Part shown: in pieces, positions 54,935 to 61,893 of the stretch
Layout of the letters: every line of letters begins with the position of its first letter
Numbering within the stretch: position 1 is the stretch's first letter
From: Patescibacteria group bacterium
GTDB taxonomy: Bacteria > Patescibacteriota > Patescibacteriia > WFTA01 > S139-112
Direction of reading: 5' to 3'
Assembly: GCA_015485695.1 (NCBI GenBank)
Contig: WFTB01000002.1
Span: 1-61,893, forward strand
DNA: 61,893 bases
The notes under the pieces: model-generated
The model's database searches: none
The model's input: only the letters and a program-made list of their open reading frames with translations
Told to the model about the DNA's origin: nothing
Translations under genes and position numbers: made by a program

Positions 54935-55162
54935 TCAAGAGAAATCTTTATCGTCGCCGTTATTCAAATCATGGTCCAAAATCGCCGAAACCACACCAAA
55001 TACAATCGTCACAACCAGTAAAATATTCAAATCAAAGTAATTCGAAACAATCCCTTCAAACAAAAATTCAAAACCGAAGTACGCAACAAACACAACAAAC
55101 TGAATCGCGAACAAGTCATTAATCAGTTTTGCCAAAAACGGTTTCATAATATCGCAATTCAC
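54935..55162 (-). CDS. small two-TM membrane protein
   Basis: 75-aa ORF with two hydrophobic helices. No homology recognised. Confidence 0.4.
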   Translation of the reverse strand: MNCDIMKPFLAKLINDLFAIQFVVFVAYFGFEFLFEGIVSNYFDLNILLVVTIVFGVVSAILDHDLNNGDDKDFS

Positions 55163-55230
55163 TCCGTAAAAATCTAAATAAACATATCATGCGAAAACAA
55201 AATTCAAAAACATAATTATTAGCGCTCGAT

Positions 55231-55253
55231 AAAATCCGCCATTTTCCGGCGGA
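55231..55253 (-). terminator. rho-independent terminator
   Basis: On the minus strand, CCGCC-GGAAAAT-GGCGG is followed by ATTTTAT. Confidence 0.6.
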
Positions 55254-55281
55254 TGATTATCTTCAGACCAAATAATATGTT

Positions 55282-56361
55282 TTATATTCTCTGGAATTCA
55301 TCTTTATCATCGTCGAAATTTATCTCATCATAACCTACTGTTCTGGGAACGTTGTTTTCAGCCGGTGCGTCGTCCTGATTTCCGAATCCGGACAAATTGC
55401 CTCCAAGACCTCCTCCCAATCCCCTGCCTTCGGGATACGCATCGTCCTCTGTCTTGTCTGCCGGAACGCTTTCGATATCCTCGACATCATCTCGCGCTTC
55501 TTCATATGGCCTGTGTTCGCTTATGTCGGAATCCGAAGGCTCCGGAGAATAGGCGGGAACATTTCCGGCAAAATGAGGGACTTCTCCTCCGGACAAATTG
55601 GAATCTTCTCCACCCGCGTCGTTTTGCAAATCACGCGAATCCGTTCCGCCAAATCCGTCGCTTCCGCTTTCGCGCTCGGAAACGGCGATATTTTCATAAT
55701 CATCGGCTCGAGAATCTGCGACCGTTGTCGTTTCCGACAATGCGGGAGGTTCGGTCGGAAGTGGTTCGGACATAATATTCGCGTTTTCCGGTTCGGCGGT
55801 ATCTTGATCTTCTTCATCGGATATCGGATTGTGAACTATATTCTCAACCGCCGCCCAAGTGGAAGACTTGTCTTTTGGAACTAGTATCGTCACTTGGTCT
55901 CCTTCTTCTCCTTTGAAATAAGTTACGGAAGCGAGCAATACTTTGTAAGACTTGCCGTCCGCGACCACGCGCCACTCAGACGAACTCTCGTCTTTTACCA
56001 ATTTACCCTTCAAGCGAGCGCGCTCCATGGGACCGATTTGCTTGTACAAAAAGTTTCCAAACCTATCAATAGTAAGTTTCATCAAATCGCCTTCAACCAA
56101 CTTTGATTTGCTGGCGTAATTCGCCGGCACGGAATACTGTTTTCCGTCGGGCCCGACCATGTGCTGTCCGTCAAACACACCTTCTATAATCTGCGACGAT
56201 CCTTCCGATCGCGTTCCTCCTCGAGCTTGAGCTTTCGAAACAAGCTCCGAACTCGCTTCATGTCCGACCAAGCCTACCAACAGGCGTTTCGCGTCTTTTA
56301 GTGACAACTCCGCTCCTTCAACCAAATTTTTTATTTCATTTAGTGTTTGTTCTTGATTCAT
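55282..56361 (-). CDS. hypothetical protein: conserved ~190-aa N-domain plus acidic disordered C-terminal half
   Basis: The start is at MNQEQTLNEIK; the track ORF extends to 56478. The N-domain reads IIEGVFDGQHMVGPDGKQYSVPANYASKSKLVEGD..YKQIGP..ASVTYFKG. The C-terminal half is D/E/G/S/P-rich. Confidence 0.7.
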   Translation of the reverse strand: MNQEQTLNEIKNLVEGAELSLKDAKRLLVGLVGHEASSELVSKAQARGGTRSEGSSQIIEGVFDGQHMVGPDGKQYSVPANYASKSKLVEGDLMKLTIDRFGNFLYKQIGPMERARLKGKLVKDESSSEWRVVADGKSYKVLLASVTYFKGEEGDQVTILVPKDKSSTWAAVENIVHNPISDEEDQDTAEPENANIMSEPLPTEPPALSETTTVADSRADDYENIAVSERESGSDGFGGTDSRDLQNDAGGEDSNLSGGEVPHFAGNVPAYSPEPSDSDISEHRPYEEARDDVEDIESVPADKTEDDAYPEGRGLGGGLGGNLSGFGNQDDAPAENNVPRTVGYDEINFDDDKDEFQRI

Positions 56362-56540
56362 ATTATGTTTGTTTTTATCAGTGGTTTTATTTAACTTTTT
56401 ATGCAATATACACATTATGCCCGATATGGACGATACTGTCAAAAACCAATTCGAGAGAAACTGTTGATACTTTATCAAGCGTCCCGATTAACGGCAAAGG
56501 CAAGGCTTTATCGGGCGAAAGACGCCAACACAATGAGAGA

Positions 56541-58985
56541 TTAAAGGCCGAATTCCATTTCATTCGCGCCGGACGGAGCTCCGGTTTCGCCGAGTTTGGA
56601 CCTCTCGAGAATCTCCCGTTCGACAATGGCTCGCGGACGACCGTATTTATGCGACGAAAGCTCGCGAAGCAAATCCGCTTTTTCTTTGCTTCCTTCCTCA
56701 GGCGGGAATGTTGCCATGGAAAACGCGCGCTGTACGGTATTGTGCACGAGCATCTTAATCGCGGCATTGTATCGCTCCATGTTCACCAAATCATATTCGC
56801 TGAAAACCGGCGCCATCTGCTGAGCTATGGTCGGAGCGTCCTCGACTCCGATTCTGAATGAAATCATGGTACCGACGTTTCCAAGCACGGCGTCTCGTAT
56901 TGACGTGTCGTTGTTTTTTACCAATTGCCCAAGATATTGGTGAGCCATCGTAAGACTGAGCCTGTATTTTCTCGCCTCTGACAATATCGTGGCTATGCTG
57001 TCGGTCGTGTAATTTTGGAACTCGTCTATGAAAAGGTAAAAATCCTTTCTCTCTGATGAAGGGATATCAGCTTGAGCAAACGCCGCTATTTGCAATTTGG
57101 ACACAACGATAAGACCCATAAGCATGCTGTTTATGTCGCCGATTTTTCCTTTTGACAAGTTGACAAGAAGGATTTTTTTCTCGCGCATTATTCGCTTGAA
57201 GTTAATGCTCGAACGAGGCTGACCGATTATGTTTCTCATCATTTCGTTTTCTATGAACCGACCGACCTTCGATATAAGGTATCCGAGCATGTCTGATTTG
57301 CTTTGGCCGCTTGTTTGCTCCCATTCTTTTTCCCAAAACGCCCTTACAATAGGGTCGGTGAGCTTCGGCATTAGGGTCTTTCTGTATTTGTCGTCCGTGA
57401 ATATTCTCGGAATTTCCGTTATCGTACCCGGGTTTTCCATATCCGCCATCAACAGCAACATGGCGTTTCGCATATAGTGTTCGAACATAGGTCCGAGCAT
57501 CGCCGGGTCCGTTACCAATTTATAAAACATCTGAATCATTTCTTGGGTTATGAAGTCCTTTTCATGCGGGTTTTCGGCCTCAAGCATGTTAAGAGCTATC
57601 GGATAATCCATGTTTGACGGCTCGAACACGACCACGTCTTCGTATCTTTCTTCAGGCATGTTTTCGAGTATGTACTCAACAAAATCGCCGTGAGGGTCTA
57701 TAATCCCAACCCCTCTTCCAAGCCTGACATCTTGCAAAGCGATATGGTACATCAGATTGGACTTACCGACACCTGTGGTTCCTATTATATACATGTGCCT
57801 CATTCTGTCTTCTTCCGCCATGTGCACGACCGTCTTCTCTCCCCTGTACAAGTTAAACCCGAGCGTTATACCCTCCGAAGGCAAATTGACCGGAACCGGA
57901 GCTTTTCGCGAAGTGAGCCAACGAATATTCGGAGTGCTCGTGGTGGGAAGCGGAAGATGAAAAAGAGACGTAACTTCTTCCGTGTTCAGAATCATTCGTT
58001 TCTTTTTGTTGAATGAGCGAAATATGAAATCCTTTGCCAACGCGTCAGGCTTCATTTTTGACGGAGTAAGCGAGTTGCCGTATTCATAGATATTGTATTG
58101 CGCGAATCCGTTAATTATATTATCAAGATGCATTTTGATTTGAGGCTCGGAAGGTCCGGTCACCAAAATGCGAACATTGACTTCAAGACCGGCTTTTGAG
58201 CTTTTCTCTTCTATACTTTTAGCCATTTCTTCTTCTTTCGGAGAAAGCCTTACAGATTTGTCTTTTTCTGGCATTGGGTCGGGGTTCGAATTCCTTACGC
58301 TCTCGTGCAAAAACTTTCCGACACCCAGCAATACGTCGGAAACACCAACAGTGTCGCTCTTGTAAATACCTTCGCCTTTTTGGATTTTCGATATCGCTTG
58401 TTTACCTTTGTTGCGCCAATCGGATTTGGCGGAACGCAATACAAATTGTACCGCGACACTTTCTTCAGGGCTTATTTTGCTCATAGTATTGGTAAGACTC
58501 TCAAACGGATCGACATCAAACACTCGATATGTTCTTATGGGCAAGTACTCCGGCTCGGATTGAATTATATAAGCGCCCAGCATTGACCCTGTCGGCATGA
58601 ATATATTGTAATCTTCCACTTCTTCAAACTCGGCGTTCGGATAACTGGAGCGCATCTGTTGCAACATGTAATTTACGAGTTTTTCCGGTATGACCACATA
58701 GAACGATATAATCCCCTTATGTGCCACCATTTCAAAAGACACCTGATCGCGGTCCCCCGCAAACAGTCCGCTCGACGCTTTAAGACCACCTATAGCCATC
58801 ATAATTCGCTCCGCTTGAGAGATTTGTTCTCTTATATGTTCTATACCGCTTTTCGGCGCTTTTTCTTCGTCTTTGGACACTTCGCGGGGCAATAGTACCA
58901 AAAAAATTCTATCATGGCCCGGACCCACCAACGGTATGTCGGAGTGTATTTGTTTTGTTTTGTCTTTGTTTTTTAAGTTGAGCAC
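56541..58985 (-). CDS. FtsK/HerA/VirD4-superfamily P-loop ATPase (T4SS coupling-protein-like), no TM segment
   Basis: Walker A is IIGTTGVGKSNL and Walker B is FYLFIDEFQNY. The C-terminal ARKYRLSLTMAHQYLGQL is typical of TraD/VirD4/HerA-type motors. An ~350-aa N-terminal domain of unknown function precedes them. Confidence 0.8.
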   Translation of the reverse strand: MLNLKNKDKTKQIHSDIPLVGPGHDRIFLVLLPREVSKDEEKAPKSGIEHIREQISQAERIMMAIGGLKASSGLFAGDRDQVSFEMVAHKGIISFYVVIPEKLVNYMLQQMRSSYPNAEFEEVEDYNIFMPTGSMLGAYIIQSEPEYLPIRTYRVFDVDPFESLTNTMSKISPEESVAVQFVLRSAKSDWRNKGKQAISKIQKGEGIYKSDTVGVSDVLLGVGKFLHESVRNSNPDPMPEKDKSVRLSPKEEEMAKSIEEKSSKAGLEVNVRILVTGPSEPQIKMHLDNIINGFAQYNIYEYGNSLTPSKMKPDALAKDFIFRSFNKKKRMILNTEEVTSLFHLPLPTTSTPNIRWLTSRKAPVPVNLPSEGITLGFNLYRGEKTVVHMAEEDRMRHMYIIGTTGVGKSNLMYHIALQDVRLGRGVGIIDPHGDFVEYILENMPEERYEDVVVFEPSNMDYPIALNMLEAENPHEKDFITQEMIQMFYKLVTDPAMLGPMFEHYMRNAMLLLMADMENPGTITEIPRIFTDDKYRKTLMPKLTDPIVRAFWEKEWEQTSGQSKSDMLGYLISKVGRFIENEMMRNIIGQPRSSINFKRIMREKKILLVNLSKGKIGDINSMLMGLIVVSKLQIAAFAQADIPSSERKDFYLFIDEFQNYTTDSIATILSEARKYRLSLTMAHQYLGQLVKNNDTSIRDAVLGNVGTMISFRIGVEDAPTIAQQMAPVFSEYDLVNMERYNAAIKMLVHNTVQRAFSMATFPPEEGSKEKADLLRELSSHKYGRPRAIVEREILERSKLGETGAPSGANEMEFGL

Positions 58986-59030
58986 AGATAATTAAAATTA
59001 GCTTAAATACAAACGATAAAAACTCTAAAC

Positions 59031-59588
59031 CTAATCCGAGTCTTCAGACGAATAAGTCGAATTTTCATTTTTCAACTTGATGATTTTTTCCGTCTTAATT
59101 TTCGCTTCCTGAACGACGAACCATTTGTTTATTCCGGGTATCATACGAAGCCATGATTTTATAAGCTCCAATATCATACTCGCTTTTACGCGCGTTTCTT
59201 GTAAAAGTTTGTTTATCTTTCTGGTTGTTTCTTCTCCGGCTCTAGCGAACATGTGCCTATGTTCAGCGTCCATCGATCTGTAAATATCTTCCATGTCCTC
59301 CTCCAAGATTCGTTCTATTTTCTCTTCGCGCGGATCCTTTGCGATTTGTTTAATCGACTTATCGCTTTGTGACGCGTGCGTTGCCGAGCTTTCTTTGTCT
59401 TTTTTTATGGCGGTGCCGGACGCTTCTCGCTCGACTCCGGATAACGCTTCTTGTTCGGTTTCCGATTTCGCATTATCGAGTTTTTCGGGCGCGTCAAGAC
59501 CGTCTCTTCCGAATTCACCTTCTGGAGATTGATCATCGTGCTCCAAATCTTTTATATTTTCACTACCGCTTGCCATGCTTGTCTTCAA
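59031..59588 (-). CDS. hypothetical protein (acidic disordered N-half, helical C-half)
   Basis: 185-aa ORF, first gene of the ATPase operon. No family recognised. Confidence 0.6.
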   Translation of the reverse strand: MKTSMASGSENIKDLEHDDQSPEGEFGRDGLDAPEKLDNAKSETEQEALSGVEREASGTAIKKDKESSATHASQSDKSIKQIAKDPREEKIERILEEDMEDIYRSMDAEHRHMFARAGEETTRKINKLLQETRVKASMILELIKSWLRMIPGINKWFVVQEAKIKTEKIIKLKNENSTYSSEDSD

Positions 59589-59759
59589 TTACAATTTACT
59601 TATCGATTATACCACAAAACCGATGTTCACACTAGCGTCAAAGCCGGTTATTTAGTATAATGAAAACACCATGGTTGGAATAACTCTGAATATCCGAATG
59701 TCTCTCAAAAACTCAATGACGTAAAGCCGATTAAAATGAAAGACAAACAATCTTTCGCA

Positions 59760-59833
59760 ACGCCTGAAATCCGTTTAAACGCAAAGGCGTAAAAACTCGA
59801 TATCACCGCGAAAAATTCGTTTCAACGGATTTC
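59760..59833 (+). promoter_or_regulatory. candidate regulatory leader of corA with mutually exclusive hairpins
   Basis: GAAATCCGTTTAAACG (59766-59781) pairs 15/16 with CGTTTCAACGGATTTC (59818-59833). Alternatively it is sequestered in the loop of ACGCCT (59760-59765)/AGGCGT (59785-59790). Confidence 0.3.
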
Positions 59834-59869
59834 GAGTGTTGCCTTTTGTATGAATTTTAAAACGATTGT

Positions 59870-60793
59870 ATGATTCAAGAAGCAAAAACGAAAAAACTAA
59901 AATGGTTGTTGGTAAGCTCTCCAACAAAGAAAAATCTGGCGTATTTGTGGGATAATTTCCCCGTTTCAAACGAAGACTTGGCGATAACACTGCCACCGCT
60001 CCAACGCCCAAGAGTCGTGCCTTACAAAGATTACACCTTGGTTATCCTACAAATGCCTTATTATGACAAAACATCACGCGAGATACGATCATCCGAATTG
60101 GACATGTTCATAGGTAGAGACTACGTTATAACCGTCACGGATGGCAAACTCTCCGCTCTTAATTTGCTTTTTGATTACGCGCAGGACCATCCCGAAAAAA
60201 TAACCAAAGAATACAAAGACGACCCGGGACTATTGGTGCATTCCATATTGAACGAGCTTCTAATGTATCAATTTCCAATGCTAAATCGCATATCGCAAGA
60301 CTTGGACTCGATAGAAAACGTAATCTTGGAAGACGCGCCGACGCACAAAGACGCAATTCAGAATATATTAATGATAAAGAGAAACATAGCGAACTTCAGA
60401 CGCATATCTCAAACACACAGACACATTATCCAAAAAATATCCGAAGTGGACCAACATTTCACGAAGTCCGAATCCAATTCGACGCGACTTCAAGATTTGA
60501 TGGGGCACACATACGAAACATGGACAACCCTTGAAGGATACAGAGAAACCGTAAACGCATTACACGAAACGCATGAGTCACTTCTCAATTTCCGCACAAA
60601 CCAAGTAATCAAAACACTTACGGTGTTTTCCGTTATCGTGTTCCCTCTCACATTGCTCGCCGCGATTTTTGGCATGAATACGGTTTACATGCCGCTCGTA
60701 AACGATATTTCCGGTTTTTGGATTATACTCGGTGTCATGTTCGTCGGGGCGCTCGTTATGTACTTTTACTTCAAACATCGCAAGTGGATTTAA
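59870..60793 (+). CDS. corA: CorA-family Mg2+/Co2+ transporter
   Basis: Two C-terminal TM helices with the GMN signature (AIFGMNTVYMP) and a soluble N-terminal funnel domain. Confidence 0.9.
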   Translation: MIQEAKTKKLKWLLVSSPTKKNLAYLWDNFPVSNEDLAITLPPLQRPRVVPYKDYTLVILQMPYYDKTSREIRSSELDMFIGRDYVITVTDGKLSALNLLFDYAQDHPEKITKEYKDDPGLLVHSILNELLMYQFPMLNRISQDLDSIENVILEDAPTHKDAIQNILMIKRNIANFRRISQTHRHIIQKISEVDQHFTKSESNSTRLQDLMGHTYETWTTLEGYRETVNALHETHESLLNFRTNQVIKTLTVFSVIVFPLTLLAAIFGMNTVYMPLVNDISGFWIILGVMFVGALVMYFYFKHRKWI

Positions 60794-60815
60794 ATTCAAA
60801 AACAAACCCCAACAG

Positions 60816-60849
60816 AAAACCCCGCGCCGATGTATTTGCGCGGGGTTTT
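60816..60849. terminator. bidirectional rho-independent terminator
   Basis: AAAA-CCCCGCGC (60820-60827)-loop-GCGCGGGG (60838-60845)-TTTT, between convergent genes. Confidence 0.8.
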
Positions 60850-60862
60850 GACTTGACACGAT

Positions 60863-61792
60863 TCACGCAACCGGACGCGAAGCAAACTCTCTAAATTCAC
60901 GGACTCGTTCGGCAATCTCTGCGAGCTCGTTGATTGAGATGTGCTGTTCGGTGTCGGTTCGCGAACTCCCGACTTCAATCAGTATGCCGTCATAGAGGTA
61001 TTCGTCATTCGAGATTTTCATGTTCATGGCGCGAATCGTCGCCGGAACAATCTCTTCCTTCATACGCGGGCCATGGACATGGCTCGGGTCAAAATACAAA
61101 CGACAACCCGTCGCGAGCTTCACTCGTCCCGCTGTGTTGTGTATCGGCACATTGCGGAAGTTTTTCTTATCATGAACATCAACGCCACGATGAATGAGTA
61201 TTGGAGCGCGCGTCGTCTCGCCGGAGTATGTCACAAGTCCGGACCACACCTTCTCTAGCGACGTTACTTCGGAATAATCCGGGGACTCGGCTTTCGCAAC
61301 ATCCTCTCCTATCCATTTTCCGTTTTTGATACCGACGAGCCAATCGTTCTTCTCCGCAAACCGCGCCATAATATTTATGTGCCAGCCAAGCTGATTGACC
61401 GCCGGATTCCACGGCATGAACGCTCCTTTCAATGTTCCGTCATAATGCGAGAGCTGTATAATCGGATCGACAATCTCGGAAGCGATTAAAAGACCCGTGT
61501 CTTTGTGGATTCGTTCCGCGATTTTAACACTGGGAAGCGGTATCAGACGCTCTTTGTTCAGGTGACCGTTGACGGCAATCCGCTGATTTTGCATATACGC
61601 GTCATGGTCGATTCCCATGCCTTCGTACGATGAATACGCCGTTCTGGACTTGAGACCGACAACTCGCGTGCCCGCGATAACGCGTTTCCCGTTGACACGA
61701 ATGTTCGCAATGTCGTAAATCTCATCAATATTGCTCTCATCTACAGAACAAGGACCGGCGATAATGGTAAGGCGAGTGTTTTTCATGGGCAT
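60863..61792 (-). CDS. divergent DAHP-synthase/KDO8P-synthase-family (type I-beta-like) aldolase
   Basis: IIAGPCSVDE near the N-terminus, GLKSRT, IKNGKW, ILIHRG, YFDPSHVHG and DGILIEV parallel the conserved blocks of class I-beta DAHPS (IAGPCSVE, KPRTSP, LKRG, CERG, DPSH, DGLMIEV). Confidence 0.7.
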   Translation of the reverse strand: MPMKNTRLTIIAGPCSVDESNIDEIYDIANIRVNGKRVIAGTRVVGLKSRTAYSSYEGMGIDHDAYMQNQRIAVNGHLNKERLIPLPSVKIAERIHKDTGLLIASEIVDPIIQLSHYDGTLKGAFMPWNPAVNQLGWHINIMARFAEKNDWLVGIKNGKWIGEDVAKAESPDYSEVTSLEKVWSGLVTYSGETTRAPILIHRGVDVHDKKNFRNVPIHNTAGRVKLATGCRLYFDPSHVHGPRMKEEIVPATIRAMNMKISNDEYLYDGILIEVGSSRTDTEQHISINELAEIAERVREFREFASRPVA

Positions 61793-61893
61793 AACTCAAA
61801 TACACAAAAACATATTTTCAATCAACCTTCTATCAAATACCTTTTCAATAAATCATAAAACGCGACAAGAGAGGGCATATCAACCCACTCACC

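Noticed and set aside
2095-56478. N-terminal extensions given in the ORF track: 2095-2175, 12251-12280, 16414-16434, 34451-34498, 50029-50151 and 56362-56478.
   Set aside because: The extensions precede the conserved N-termini or signal peptides. They often start at non-ATG codons and overlap promoter or leader sequence. Internal ATG starts fit family alignments better.
1-61893. CRISPR arrays, transposases, integrases, prophage genes, reverse transcriptase/DGR, and toxin-antitoxin pairs.
   Set aside because: No regularly spaced direct repeats exist outside coding repeats. No ORF carries DDE, tyrosine or serine recombinase, RT (YxDD) or phage structural motifs. The window shows no sign of recent mobile DNA.
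1-61893. Alternative genetic code (UGA reassignment, as in some CPR lineages).
   Set aside because: TGA terminates well-defined genes at the expected ends, such as the GT2 at 4988-4990 and the sortase homologue at 12454-12456. Conserved proteins (ThrRS, LysRS, MreB, RND) are intact without read-through.

Overview
A gene-dense, moderately AT-rich 61.9-kb bacterial window that uses the standard genetic code (TGA is a stop). About 85% of the coding sequence is on the minus strand. All protein calls come from reading motifs in the supplied translations; no database search was run. The gene content suggests a small-genome, monoderm-like, CPR/Patescibacteria-type organism, but that is an inference. 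The features are: many giant secreted proteins, DUF4012, a minimal ProRS, a TGS-less ThrRS, and an RND pump with no outer-membrane factor.

The window has three parts:
1. 1-12.3 kb: tRNA-Gln, ftsX, a HAD hydrolase, and a translationally coupled exopolysaccharide locus. The locus holds a priming sugar-phosphate transferase, a processive GT2 synthase with QxxRW, a DUF2334-like deacetylase, a DPBB-like secreted protein, and a CE4 deacetylase fused to two CBM-like repeats. A T-box-regulated thrS and a second processive GT2 synthase follow.
2. 12.4-31.5 kb: a cell-surface island. It holds a sortase homologue whose catalytic Cys is replaced by Ser, a 1045-aa PKD/DUF11 adhesin, a 543-aa Fn3 protein, a 1380-aa beta-helix/SdrD-B protein, and a 1397-aa acidic DUF11 protein. 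It also holds a 210-aa acidic secreted protein with a TasA/SipW-type signal peptide that shares a repeat module with the 1397-aa protein. A roughly 390-nt GC-rich structured leader or ncRNA, an S8 subtilase and a 50-aa hyper-acidic ORF complete the island.
3. 32-61.9 kb: mostly housekeeping genes (lysS, greA, mrdA-mreDCB, proS, tauE, rseP, frr, holB, RND plus adaptor, corA). It also contains a DUF4012 / Tat-signal protein pair and an orphan VirD4/HerA-like ATPase operon.

I found no CRISPR array, transposase, integrase, reverse transcriptase or rRNA. The strongest candidates for new biology are the surface island (Ser-sortase, TasA-like subunit plus giant paralogous-module protein, subtilase, structured RNA) and the orphan coupling-ATPase operon.
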